From an uncultured Muribaculaceae bacterium (GTDB lineage Bacteria; Bacillota_I; Bacilli_A; RF39; UBA660): a DNA stretch of 56,207 nt. The stretch is from the NCBI GenBank assembly GCA_964525365.1, contig CAZGGW010000001.1, positions 1-56,207 of the forward strand. The letters run 5' to 3'. The position numbers and the translations under genes were made by a program. Shown in pieces: positions 25,074-36,300 of the stretch. The notes below the pieces were generated by a model. That model was not told where the DNA came from. It searched no databases and worked only from the letters and a program-made list of their open reading frames with translations. How positions within the stretch are numbered: position 1 is the stretch's first letter; the number at the start of each line of letters is the position of its first letter.

Positions 25074-25957
25074 AAAGTGGTTTTGTAAGTGTAATTGGGA
25101 GACCAAACACAGGTAAAAGTACATTAATTAACACAGTGGTTGGAGAAAAAATCACAATCACTTCAAATAAACCACAAACAACTAGAAATATCATTCAAGG
25201 AGTATATAACGATAATGATTCTCAAATAGTTTTTGTTGATACTCCGGGTATTCATAAGCCTCTTCATAAATTGGGATTTCTTCTAAATGAAAAAGCTTAC
25301 TATACATTTGATGATGTTGATATAATATTATTTATGGTGAATGCAGATGAAAAAATTGGTCCAATTGATTTATATATCAGCGAAAAATTAAAAACAATAA
25401 AAAAACCTATTTTTTTGGTAATCAATAAGATAGATAAAATATCTAATGATGATATATTACTTAAAATAAATGAATATAAAGATATCTGTGATTTTGCTGA
25501 AGTAATACCAATTTCTGCTTTAAAGAATGATAATGTCGATAGACTTATTAATGTATTAAAAGAATATTTGCCAGATCAAGTAAAATATTTTAATGAAACT
25601 GATAAAACAAGTGCCACTAAAGAGTTTAGAATATGTGAAATAGTTAGAGAAAAAATTCTTTCAAACACATCACAAGAAGTGCCGTATTCAGTGGCGTGTA
25701 TACTTTCTTCTATTAAAGAAGAAAGTAAAATTATTACTATATTTGTAGATGTTATTGTGGATAAGGATAGTATTAAAAAAATAATACTTGGAAAAAACGG
25801 CAATAAAATAAAACAAATTGGAATGGAAGCTAGAGTTGATATTGAAACTTTGTTAGGGAAACAAGTTTACTTGGAATTGTATGTTAAAACTTTGAAAAAG
25901 TGGAGAGATAATAAAAAACATTTAAAAACATTGGGTTTTATAAATAAGCATGAATAA
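25070..25957 (+). CDS. era: GTPase Era
   Basis: GRPNTGKSTL (G1), DTPG (G3), NKID (G4) and a C-terminal KH domain. 4-nt overlap with cdd. Confidence 0.92.
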   Translation: MKSGFVSVIGRPNTGKSTLINTVVGEKITITSNKPQTTRNIIQGVYNDNDSQIVFVDTPGIHKPLHKLGFLLNEKAYYTFDDVDIILFMVNADEKIGPIDLYISEKLKTIKKPIFLVINKIDKISNDDILLKINEYKDICDFAEVIPISALKNDNVDRLINVLKEYLPDQVKYFNETDKTSATKEFRICEIVREKILSNTSQEVPYSVACILSSIKEESKIITIFVDVIVDKDSIKKIILGKNGNKIKQIGMEARVDIETLLGKQVYLELYVKTLKKWRDNKKHLKTLGFINKHE

Positions 25958-25997
25958 ATTATATTGTTTTTTATCAATATTATATTGAGGAGAAACA

Positions 25998-26084
25998 ATG
26001 GATAAAAAGAATGCTTGGGAAATGTTTAAAAAAACGGGTAAAATAGAATATTATTTAAAATATAAAAAATCAAAGAAAGAATAA
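25998..26084 (+). CDS. YqzL-like small protein
   Basis: 28-aa ORF missing from the track: MDKKNAWEMFKKTGKIEYYLKYKKSKKE. GAGGAGA RBS. It sits between era and recO, exactly as yqzL does in Bacillus, and shares the W..F..TG.IE.YL.YK pattern. Confidence 0.6.
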   Translation: MDKKNAWEMFKKTGKIEYYLKYKKSKKE

Positions 26085-26086
26085 GT

Positions 26087-26821
26087 ATGGAAATAATAAG
26101 CGTTAAAGGAATTATATTAAATTCCACTCCATATAAAGAAAGTAGTAAAATATTAAATATATTAACAAGTGAATATGGAGTTATTGGTGTTATATCAAAA
26201 GGGTGCAAGGGCCCCAAAAGTAAGTTAAGAGCAGTAAGTGAAAATTTCACATATGCTGTTTTTCATTTATATTATAGAAATAATGGGTTATCTACTTTAA
26301 TAGGTGGAGATATTCAAAATTATTTTTTAAAATTAAAAAGTAATATTATTTTGGTAGGATATTTGACTTATTTATGTGATCTTACAAAAAATGTTGCAAA
26401 GCAATCATATGAAAATGATATTTTAGATTTACTTATAAGTAGTTTAGAAAAAATAAATGAAGGTTTTGATCCTCTTGTCATAACTAATATATTGGAATTA
26501 AAATATTTAGATTATTTAGGAGTTAGTATTAACTTAGATTCATGTGTTGTGTGTGGAAGTCCCAGTATAATAACAATATCATATGAAAAAGGTGGATATA
26601 TTTGTAGTAAATGTAGAACAAATGAAAAAGTATTAGATGAAAAAGTTTTAAAGATGTTAAAGCTTTATTATTATGTTGATATTTCAAAGATAAGTAAACT
26701 TGATATTAAAAAAGAAATAATTGACGAAATAAATAGATTTATTAGTATATATTATGAAAGATATACAGGACTTTATATAAAAAGTAAGAGTTTTTTAGAA
26801 AAAATTAAAACTGAAATATAA
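26087..26821 (+). CDS. recO: DNA repair protein RecO
   Basis: 244 aa. OB-fold N-terminus (GIILNSTPYKESSKIL), a Cys4 zinc finger CVVCGS...CSKC, and a position after era. Confidence 0.88.
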   Translation: MEIISVKGIILNSTPYKESSKILNILTSEYGVIGVISKGCKGPKSKLRAVSENFTYAVFHLYYRNNGLSTLIGGDIQNYFLKLKSNIILVGYLTYLCDLTKNVAKQSYENDILDLLISSLEKINEGFDPLVITNILELKYLDYLGVSINLDSCVVCGSPSIITISYEKGGYICSKCRTNEKVLDEKVLKMLKLYYYVDISKISKLDIKKEIIDEINRFISIYYERYTGLYIKSKSFLEKIKTEI

Positions 26822-26852
26822 TATCCAAGTAATTTTACTGGGTATAAAAACT

Positions 26853-27131
26853 TCAGTTTTTTATTTCTTCTTTTTCTCTTATTAAATCATCAATACTAAT
26901 ATCTAAAACCGTAGCAATTTTATATAAAGTTTGAATAGAAAATCCTATTTCTCCTTTTCCACTTTCAATTCTTCGCATAAAATCGTAGGAAATTTCAGCA
27001 TACATTGCAAGTTTTTCTTGAGTTAATTCTTTTTCTTTCCTATATTTTTTTATGTTGTGTGCAATTACTACTTTTATATTAGGATTAAATGAGTAAAATT
27101 TATCATCATCAAATACCATTTTTATCACCAT
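26853..27131 (-). CDS. XRE-family HTH transcriptional regulator
   Basis: IKKYRKEKELTQEKLAMYAEISYDFMRRIESGKGEIGFSIQTLYKIATVLDISIDDL is a Cro/C1-type HTH. About 88-92 aa. It is the only minus-strand gene in this stretch. Confidence 0.8.
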   Translation of the reverse strand: MVIKMVFDDDKFYSFNPNIKVVIAHNIKKYRKEKELTQEKLAMYAEISYDFMRRIESGKGEIGFSIQTLYKIATVLDISIDDLIREKEEIKN

Positions 27132-27361
27132 TCATATTATCTCAAAATTTTTAAAAAAGTTCCGTGACCTAGGATTACCGGTTATTAAAAAATCTATTTT
27201 CAAAATATTTATTATATATAATAAAAAAAATTATTAAAGTAATTAAATAGAATACTTTTAATTAAAATAAAAATTATATGATATTTTACAATGAATTTTT
27301 TTTGATTTGTATAGATTTTGCGTGAGCAATTTGATACAATTAATTTAAGTAGGTGATTATA

Positions 27362-28729
27362 ATGAGTAAAAGTATTGAGGAAATAACAAACTTTTGTAAA
27401 ACGTATGGTTTTGTTTTTCAAGGAAGCGAAATATATAATGGATTTGCGAATACTTGGGATTTTGGACCAGTAGGCGTAGAATTAAAGAAAAACATAAAAT
27501 CGTTGTGGTGGAAAAGATTTGTTCAGGAAGATATGAATACTTTTGGTGTGGATTCAGCCATCCTTATGAATCCGAAAGTATGGGAAGCTAGTGGACATAT
27601 TCAAAGTTTTGGAGATCCTAAAATGGATTGTAAAAAATGCAAGCAAAGATTTAGAGCAGATACTTTAATAGAAGAATTTTCAAAAGGTAAAGTCGCAGCA
27701 GAAGGAATGAGTGATAAAGAATTAGAAGCATATATTGAAGAAAATAAAATAAAATGCCCTCATTGTGGTGGATTTGATTGGACTCCAATTAGAAAATTTA
27801 ATCCAATGTTTAAAACAAGTAGAGGTACTTTAGAAAATGATGCAGATATTGTATATTTAAGGCCAGAGACTTGTCAAGGCGAATATATTAATTTTTTAAA
27901 TGTTCAAAGAACAGCTAGAGCAAAACTTCCTTTTGCAATCGCACAAATTGGTAAATCTTTTAGAAACGAAATAACTCCTGGAAATTTCTTGTTTAGAACT
28001 ATCGAATTTGAACAAATGGAACTTCAGATGTTTTGTAAAGAAGAAGATAGTATGAAAATATATGATTCTTATAAAGAAAAAGCAATGAAATTTATAACAG
28101 ATTTAGGTCTGGATTTTAATAAATTAAGATTTCACGATCACGACAAACTCGCACATTATGCTAAATGCGCATGCGATATACAATATAATTTTCCAATGGG
28201 ATGGGAAGAATTAAATGGAATTCATCATAGAGGAATATGGGATTTATCAAGACATAGTGAATTTTCTGGTAAAAAGATGGAATATCAAGATCCTGAAACA
28301 AATGAAAAATATACTCCTAATGTTATTGAATATTCTATAGGAGCTGATAGACTTACTTTAGCACTTATATGTGAGGCATATAAAAAAGAAGAATTAGATA
28401 ACGATACAAGAGAAGTAATGTGTTTTAAACCATGTATTGCTCCATATAAAGTAGCAATACTTCCATTAATAAAAAAACTGCACGAAGAAAAATCCAAAGA
28501 AATATTTAATATGCTATCTTCAAAATTTATGTGTATTTATGATGAAACAGCTTCTATTGGTAAGAGATATAGAAGACAAGATGTTATAGGAACACCATTT
28601 TGTATAACCATAGATGATGATACAATTAATAATAATATAGTTACAATAAGAGACAGAGATTCAATGAAACAAATAACGTTGAAAGTTAATGAAATATTTG
28701 ATTATATAAGTGAAAAAATTGAATTTTAA
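27362..28729 (+). CDS. glyQS: Glycine--tRNA ligase (homodimeric alpha2 type)
   Basis: MSKSIEEITNFCKTYGFVFQGSEIYNG, YLRPETCQG, GKSFRNEITPGNFLFRTIEFEQMELQ and SIGADRL. ATG 27362 after the RBS. Confidence 0.92.
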   Translation: MSKSIEEITNFCKTYGFVFQGSEIYNGFANTWDFGPVGVELKKNIKSLWWKRFVQEDMNTFGVDSAILMNPKVWEASGHIQSFGDPKMDCKKCKQRFRADTLIEEFSKGKVAAEGMSDKELEAYIEENKIKCPHCGGFDWTPIRKFNPMFKTSRGTLENDADIVYLRPETCQGEYINFLNVQRTARAKLPFAIAQIGKSFRNEITPGNFLFRTIEFEQMELQMFCKEEDSMKIYDSYKEKAMKFITDLGLDFNKLRFHDHDKLAHYAKCACDIQYNFPMGWEELNGIHHRGIWDLSRHSEFSGKKMEYQDPETNEKYTPNVIEYSIGADRLTLALICEAYKKEELDNDTREVMCFKPCIAPYKVAILPLIKKLHEEKSKEIFNMLSSKFMCIYDETASIGKRYRRQDVIGTPFCITIDDDTINNNIVTIRDRDSMKQITLKVNEIFDYISEKIEF

Positions 28730-28816
28730 AAAAATCAATAAAAATCAAAAAATGGTTTACATTTATGAGTAAAGTGTGATAAACTATTTAAGTAGAATAG
28801 AAACGGAGGATTCAAA

Positions 28817-29215
28817 GTGGCATTTAAATTAAAAGATATGTTTAAACCCGAAGTAGATGAAGTAGCAGAAGAAGATTCATATTACAATATGTCTCCAGAA
28901 GAACTTGCTAAAAAGGCAACAAATTCAGGTAATAAGATGATATTAATAGAACCAAGAGCATATTCTGAAAGTCAACAAATTGCAGATCATTTAAAAAATA
29001 GAAATTCAGTAGTAATAAATTTTAAAAGAGTCACATCTGATCAAGCAAAAAGAATAATTGACTTTGTAAGTGGAACATTATATGCGATTGGCGGAGACTT
29101 ACAAAAGTTGGGTGGAGGCATATACTTGTGTACTCCAAAAAATATTTCAGTACAAGGAAAAATGACAGAAGAAGATAAGGGAAAAGAAGAAGAAAAAGAT
29201 TTAACTGAATGGTAA
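28817..29215 (+). CDS. sepF: Cell division protein SepF
   Basis: MILIEPRAYSESQQIADHLKNRNSVVINFKRVTSDQAKRIIDFVSGTLYAIGGDLQKLGGGIYLCTP. GTG start after GGAGGA. Confidence 0.88.
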   Translation: MAFKLKDMFKPEVDEVAEEDSYYNMSPEELAKKATNSGNKMILIEPRAYSESQQIADHLKNRNSVVINFKRVTSDQAKRIIDFVSGTLYAIGGDLQKLGGGIYLCTPKNISVQGKMTEEDKGKEEEKDLTEW

Positions 29216-29235
29216 AAAATCTATAAGGGAGTTCT

Positions 29236-29679
29236 ATGAGAAAGTTTGATATTGTTTTTCGAGGATATGATAAAGTTCAAGTTCAAAAATGCTTAGATGA
29301 AGTAGCAAAAAACTATGAAAGTTTACTTAATAAGAGTAAACAAACCGAAATTAGAAACACAGAATTATTAAAAGAATTAGAACATTATAAAAGTTTAGAA
29401 TCGACATTAAATCGAGCTATTTTTACTGCGGAAAGTGCTTGTGATAAAATAAAGAAAATGGCAAGAAATGAAGCAGACACTTTACTTAGTGAAGCAAAGA
29501 GAAATGCAAATAGAATAATAAATGATGCTCTTATAAAAGCAGAAAAAGTTCAAGAACAAGCAGACAGAACTCATAGAAATGTAGAAGTATTTAAAAGAAG
29601 GTTACGTACTATTATAGAAAGTCAGTTAGAAGTAATAAGTGAAATAGAAGATATAGATTTAAAAAGATATGATGAGTAA
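29236..29679 (+). CDS. divIVA: DivIVA-domain cell-division protein
   Basis: FDIVFRGYDKVQVQKCLDEV is the DivIVA N-terminal domain and is followed by a coiled coil. The position between sepF and ileS matches Bacillus. Confidence 0.8.
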   Translation: MRKFDIVFRGYDKVQVQKCLDEVAKNYESLLNKSKQTEIRNTELLKELEHYKSLESTLNRAIFTAESACDKIKKMARNEADTLLSEAKRNANRIINDALIKAEKVQEQADRTHRNVEVFKRRLRTIIESQLEVISEIEDIDLKRYDE

Positions 29680-29869
29680 TCATATTTTGGTATTGAAGAA
29701 TTATGGAAGATAAAATATACAATTTGATAGGTAGAATTGGAATGAGTTTTGCGAGGGTAATAGCAGATATTAGTTTTATTGTGTCTGATAAAAAGAAATT
29801 TTTAAATGAAAATGGTAGTCCCAAAGATATGATACATTCCAAATAAGTCGCAGAGCGCTTAAATATTAT

Positions 29870-32134
29870 TTGAAATATTATCCGGATAGGGTTTCACAGT
29901 ATCTAGAAGACGCATGGAAGTTTGATTTTAAATTACTATCAAAATATTTTTTTGATAAGAAAAATACTAAGATGCTTGTGAAAATATTTGATGAACGTGG
30001 CAAATTACCATATAGATTGCGAGAAAGTTCGCAATTTTTAATTATGTTGCTAGAAACAGATCCAGAAAAAGCGTTGGGGTTCATTCAGCAAAATCATTTT
30101 TATTCAGATGCATATACTGAAGAAAGCGTAAGAAAACTATATGATAGTAAAGTAAAAAGGATTGATGAAAATGGCATAGAAAAAGAAGTAAGTATAATAT
30201 CTCTATTAGAGCAAATACCATATGGATTGCGAGAAAGTTCGCAAATTTTAACTATGTTATTAGAAACAAATCTAGAGAAATCACTGAAGTTCATTCAACA
30301 AGATCAGTTCAAAGTTGAAGTATACGAAAGTGATCAATTCAAAAGATGCTTATTGGATTGTGATGAAGAAATATTTTATTCAATATTAAAAACTAAATAC
30401 TTAATTTCAGTTTCTCCAAAATATTTTGGATTGTATGGCGAAGGTTTAGAAGAATTAATAGATGAACTGAAAAATATATCAGGGATGGCACGTACTCCAT
30501 CATTAGAATTCATAAAAAAGATGTTGTATCTTCAAGTAGCCTTAGAGTATGAAGAAGCACGTAAAAATACTTCCAAACGTTACTTACAAGGAAATGTGGG
30601 AGAAGAAGTAAAAGATACTCTTATGCTAAATGGAAATATTGATGTTGGAATAGAAAATCAGTTGACTTCTTATTTAATGGGAGTAACTTCAGGAGAGACT
30701 GTAAAAGGATTAATTAGAGAAAAAACTTTAAGTAAAGAAGATAAGATAGCAAGAATACTTAAAAAAAGTGGAATAACAAAAGTAAAGAGATTGGCAGTAT
30801 GGGAAGGCGAAAGAGACAGTATAATATATGAAGAAATAAGTGAACGATTATCAGAATTAAGATTGGATGATGAATCTGAAAGCAAAGAAATATTAACAAC
30901 TATTACAAAGACACTTGTAGAAATGAAGAAAAAAGCATTTGAAGCATATAAAAAAGATCCACAAGATAAAGAAGCAGGTCAAATAATAGATGAAATATGT
31001 GATATTGCATTAAATGCACAGCAAAATTCAGAAGTAGGTAACATATATATAAGATTATTAAAAGGTGTAAAGAGAGATTTTTTGGAATTAACACCAAAAG
31101 GCAAAGAAAAAATCCAAAGCAGGAAAAAAATAGAAGTATTTAATGCGACAATAGAAAAAAGAAGAGAAAAAGTAATAGAAGCCATAATGGGTGAATTCGA
31201 TATGGATCGTACCGAAGCGGAAAAAATATGCCAATTATATACAGAATGTAAAGAGCCAAAAGATTTTGAGAGGTATGAAGAACGAAAGGGAAACCCTAAA
31301 AAGAAAAAAATAATAAGTTTTAAAGCTGTTTTAGCAAGTAGATTGGTAACAGACTCAGAAATAGGAGAAATAAGCCAAAAAGATATATTAAAACTTGATC
31401 TAACAAGTGATAATTTTCAAGTACCAATGAGAAGACAAATTCATAGGTTCATATTAAGCATATTATCAAATACAGTTTTTGGAGAAAAGAGTGACGTAAT
31501 TGATATTACACGAAATAATTTGGGAGAAATAACTGATTCTAGAATAAATTCTAGAATGAGAAAACTATTAGAAAATGTAAAAAAATCCATGACAATAGAA
31601 GACAAAGTTAACAGTGAATCATTAATAGGTATAGAATCATTAATAGGCTTGACAGAAAGTAGTATATTTGATTCTAAGAGTATAGGATTGATTAGTGTTT
31701 TATACTTGCCAATAAATGAAAAACTCAAAAGATTAAATAAAAATGAAGAGGTATCATATACAATAAACAATTATTTGGAGTATGCACGTATAGGATTAAG
31801 GATGACTACACCGGATATGAGTAATAGTATTTTGGGATCATATAATTGTGAAATACTTTCAAAAAAATCTAATGTGCAAGAAAACCTAACTCATTATATA
31901 AAAAATATGGCAAATCGTAGTTATAGAAATATACCAACAGTAAAAGGAGAGTGTGAGGGTATATATTATGAAGCATATAGTGTAGATGATCCAGAGCAAT
32001 TAATAGCAGGGGCTAGAATTAGTGGCAGTTGCTTTAGAATAGGAAATGCTCAAAGTAATACAATAAATTTGGAATTACCAAAGTCATTTATTATTTTTTC
32101 TTCTAAAGGTTTTAAAGTTGGCTGTTTATTTTGA
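29870..32134 (+). pseudogene. Decayed large accessory ORF of unknown function, apparently frameshifted at the 5' end and truncated by an IS remnant at the 3' end
   Basis: No RBS before TTG 29870. The frame is already open from 29819. A 47-codon ORF (29703-29846, MEDKIYNLIGRIG...) in another frame ends just upstream. The last 25-30 codons (after ...SGSCFRIGNAQ, about 32055) are merely the antisense of the transposase fragment. The ORF contains an internal duplicated 33-aa module. Confidence 0.6.
30001..30310 (+). repeat. Two copies of an approximately 100-bp direct repeat inside the decayed ORF
   Basis: 30001-30100 (CAAATTACCATATAGATTGCGAGAAAGTTCGCAATTTTTAATTATGTTGCTAGAAACAGA...) against 30212-30310 (CAAATACCATATGGATTGCGAGAAAGTTCGCAAATTTTAACTATGTTATTAGAAACAAA...). 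Roughly 80% identity by eye. They encode LPYRLRESSQFLIMLLETDPEKALGFIQQNHF and IPYGLRESSQILTMLLETNLEKSLKFIQQDQF. Confidence 0.8.
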
Positions 32135-32874
32135 TTTCCTGGAAAAGTAGAAAAAGCAAGGGGAATACCATCACCATCAAGAAATAGCCCCATACCAACA
32201 ATTGGATTTGGTCTGTTTTCTTTACTTTTGCCATACTTTCTAAAATCATCATCATTCTCTATTTCAAAATAATAGTTAGTACAATCATAGAAAAGAACTT
32301 TATCATTTCTTTTTGCGTACTTTAAACTGTTTTTATAAACTTCTGACTGAATAAAATCTGTTTCTTTAGCAATAACTTCTAAAGCTCTATAAATATCATG
32401 AAGTTCAAAATTAGGTTGTTCAATAAAGTTTTTAGATAACTCTAATGTTTTTAATTTAGACGATGGATATATAATTCTGGAATAAATAAGTTTAGATAAA
32501 ACATCGTTTAGATCATATCTAAATTGATACTTATTTGTGATTTCATCACATATATTATTTAACCCTAAAGAATAATAAATGTCTTGCAAAAATAAGTAAC
32601 CTCCGTTAAATTTATATTTTTTACTATAATCTAATTGTTTCGTTTGCGACAATCTAATAATAATATCATTTTTATTTTCTCTCTCTTGCTTATTTAACAA
32701 CTCGACATACTTTTTAGCCCAGTCATAAGGATCAGACCCTTTAGATTTAATTGTTAATTCGTTTAAATTACCCAATTTTTCTATGACCTTTGAAGTTCTT
32801 TTACCATTTATTGTAACAGACTTAATAACATAAAAACAGGTTGCTCCTTTAGATTTATTAATATTTAATCTCAT
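32050..32874 (-). mobile_element. IS1634-family (IS4-like) transposase gene, N-terminal half only (truncated remnant)
   Basis: MRLNINKSKGATCFYVIKSVTINGKRTSKVIEKLGNLNEL and VLFYDCTNYYFEIE (first DDE Asp region) are typical of IS1634-type transposases. The ORF stops after 274 aa (...GNSKFIVLL*), where homologues continue with the second catalytic Asp. Full-length enzymes are roughly twice this size. Confidence 0.7.
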
Positions 32875-33081
32875 AAAAATATCCTCGCTTACTATAACTA
32901 GTGCAACATATTACTATATGTTACGTAATAACAAAATACAAAATTTGACAAAAAAATAACCATTCTATAATGGTTTGCTTAATATTTGTATTTTAAAACT
33001 GTCAAATTCCCGAATTAAAAAATGGTGAATTTGAATTTGCCAAAGAAAAAGATATAAATAAAATTAGAAATGATATTTAAA

Positions 33082-33110
33082 TTGACAAAATTATACTTTA
33101 ATAATATAAT
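33082..33110 (+). promoter_or_regulatory. Consensus sigma-A promoter of the ileS leader
   Basis: TTGACA (33082-33087), exactly 17 nt, then TATAAT (33105-33110). Confidence 0.8.
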
Positions 33111-33116
33111 AAAGAA

Positions 33117-33296
33117 GAAATCAAATGAGGAAGACGTTATTATAAATTATTTATAGAGAGTTAGTGTATAGTGGAAACTAATAATAATTATGATAAGTAT
33201 CACTTCTGATGAGCATAGCCGTTAACTACGTTATAGTTTTGAGAATAAATTAAGGTGGTACCACGAAAATATTTCGTCCTTTAGGGGACGTTTTTT
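33117..33296 (+). promoter_or_regulatory. T-box riboswitch leader (Ile specifier) with intrinsic terminator
   Basis: AGAGAG box (33164-33169) and a distal-loop-like TAGTGGAAAC. Candidate specifier ATC followed by A (33199-33202). T-box sequence AAATTAAGGTGGTACCACG (33248-33265). Terminator stem CGTCC/GGACG followed by T7 (33275-33297). Confidence 0.8.
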
Positions 33297-33310
33297 TATT
33301 GGAGGAAGAA

Positions 33311-36300
33311 ATGGAAAAGATTAATGTTACTTATGATTTTGTAAGTGAAGAAGAAAAAATATTAGATTGTTGGGAGAAAAATAATACTTTTGAAAAATTA
33401 CTTGAAAAGAACAAACTTGGTAAAAAATATCGTTTTATTGATGGTCCGATAACAGCTAACAATAAAATGGGTATTCATCATGCTTGGGGAAGAAGTATGA
33501 AGGATTCAATTCTTAGATATAAAGCAATGAACGGATATATAACTCATTATAGAAACGGATTTGATAGTCAAGGACTTTGGGTTGAAGTTGAAGTTGAAAA
33601 AGATTTGGGATTTAAAACTAAAAAAGATATTGAAGAATATGGACTTGATAAATTTACTTTAGCTTGTAAGGATAGGGTTAAAAAATATAGTGGAGAAATA
33701 ACTCGCCAATCTAAAAGGTTAGGCCAATGGATGAATTGGAATAATTCATATTATACATATACCGATGAAAACATATTGGGTATTTGGCACTTCTTAAAAA
33801 GATGTCATGAAAAGGGTATGATAAAAGAAAGCTATAAGCCAATGCCTTGGTGTGCAAGATGTGGAACAAGTTTATCTGAACATGAAATGAGCGGTAGTTA
33901 TCACGATGTTGAACATCAAGCAGTATTTTTTAAATTACCAGTTGTTGGAGAAGATTATAAAGCATTAGTATGGACTACAACTCCATGGACATTAAGTGCG
34001 AATGTAGCTCTTGCGGTTAATGCTGAATTTGACTATGTAGTAGTAAAGTTCCCTAAAGATGATGATAAATTATTAATGTGTGAAAGTGTATTTAAAAGAA
34101 GATTTAAAGGTGACGGAGAAATATTAAAAAGATTTAAAGGTGCTGATTTAGAAGGTAAAGAATTTGAAACTTGTTTTCCGGAGTTAGAATGCCAGAGTGG
34201 AGTTAAACACAATATTGTTTTATGGGATGAAGTTGATTCTGAGGAAGGATCTGGTATAGTACATGTGGCGCCTGGTTGTGGAGTAAGTGATTTTGAATTA
34301 GGAAATACTATTGGACTTGATAAGATAGTGCCAATTGATGAGCTTGGAATTATGTTACCTACTACTGGTATATTCGCTGGTAAAAAAGCTCAAGAATTGC
34401 CAGAACTTGTATTTGATGAACTTAAAAAAAGAAATAAGTTATTTTTAGTCCATAAAATTAAACACTCATATCCATATTGTTGGAGATGTAAAGAAGATAT
34501 ATTGTTTAGACTTGTAAAAGAATGGGCAATTGATGTTGATGTAGTAAGAGAAGATTTAATAAAGAATGCAAAAACTGTTAAATATTATCCGGAATATCAA
34601 GGTAAAAGAATGTTAGATTGGTTAAATAATATGGGTGATTGGAATATATCAAGAAGGCGTTTTTATGGACTTCCTTTACCATTTTATCATTGTGAATGTG
34701 GACATTTAGAAGTAATTGGATCTAAAGAAGAACTTAGAGAAAAAGCAATAGAACCAAATTTAGTAGACCAGTTACCAGAGTTTCATAGACCATGGATTGA
34801 TGAAATTAAAATAAAATGTCTTGAGTGTGGCAAAGAAATATCAAGAGTGCCTCAAGTAGGAGATGTATGGCTTGATGCTGGGATAGTACCTTATTCAACA
34901 CTTAAATATTTTAGTGATAGAGAATATTGGAAAGAATATTTCCCCGCAGAATATGTACTTGAAGGAAACGAACAAATAAGGCTTTGGTTTTATTCCATGT
35001 TATTTATGAGTACTGTACTTGAAAATTGTGCTCCATATGAGTCAATTGGAACTACAAGTATGGTAGTAAAAGAAGATGGAACAAAATTTAGCAAGTCTGA
35101 TAAAAATTCTCTTACATTTGATGAAGTTGCTAATGAAAAAGGGTCAGATGCAATAAGATACACATATTTATCTACTAAACCAGTAAATGATGTTAGATTT
35201 GGTTTTGGCATGCTTGATGATTCTAAAAAGAAATTAATGGCATTCTATAATATGGCAGTATTCTTTAATACATATGCATCAATAGATAACGTTGATTTAA
35301 CTGGTTATATTCCAGAGTTAGAAGATTTAACAATTAGCGATAAATGGTTAATTAAAATGACTGATGATTTTGTAACTTTATCTAAAAAGTCATATGATAA
35401 TTATGAAACTAAAACAGTATGCGATCTGTTTGAACGTATATGCGATGAGATAAGTAATTTCTATATAAGAATTAATAGAAGAAGATATTGGAAGAGTGAA
35501 GATGATACTGATAAACTTAATGCATATTATGTATTGTTTACATCAATAAAGAAAATAGCAGGTGTAATGGCACCTATAATTCCATTTATGACTGAATATA
35601 TTTGGAAGTATATTGTAATACCATGTGATAAAGAATCTGTATCAAGTGTACATTTAAGTAATTTTCCAAAACCTAGTAATTTTAAAATAGAAGAACGTCT
35701 TATTGATGAAACCACTTATGTTAGAAATATTATTACTATGGCATTGAAATTAAGAAATGAAGCTAATATTAAAGTAAGACAACCATTAAGTATTTTATAT
35801 TTAAAAGAACTTGATAATAAATATTTTGATGAATATACGAGTATTATTAAAAGTGAACTCAATGTAAAAAATATTGAGTTTGTTAGTGATTTTAGTAATT
35901 TAAAAGATGAATATCTAACACTTAACTTTAGAAATGCAGGTGCTACTTTTAAACAAGATGTTAATAATGTAAAAAATGCGTTATTAAATGTACAAAATGA
36001 TAAAGAATTAATTAATAAAATCAAGAATAATGAGAGTATAAAAGTAGGGGATTATATGCTTAATAGTGAGCTTGTAAATATTGAATTTAAGCAAAGAGAT
36101 GATATTGTGATTACGGAAGAAAATGATATAACGGTAGGTCTTAATATTAATATTACCGAAGAATTAAAAAGTGAAGGAATATTAAGAGATATAATAAGAC
36201 AATGTCAAGTATTTAGAAAAGAATCCGGATTTAATGTAGAAGATAGAATATATATTAAGTTTGAAACTAATAACAAAGAAATAGAAAATATAATAAATTT

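Noticed and set aside
27132-27361. Looked for a T-box or other leader upstream of glyQS; also the 69-aa minus ORF 27212-27421
   Set aside because: There is no GGTGGTACC-type T-box sequence, no AGAGA box and no terminator hairpin. The region looks like a plain divergent promoter interval. The minus ORF overlaps the glyQS start and lacks an RBS.
29878-31770. Seven short minus-strand ORFs (60-109 aa) inside the 754-codon ORF
   Set aside because: All are antisense shadows with low-complexity S/L/I/F-rich products. None has an RBS.
34990-36024. Minus-strand ORFs within ileS
   Set aside because: Antisense to a strongly conserved aminoacyl-tRNA synthetase.
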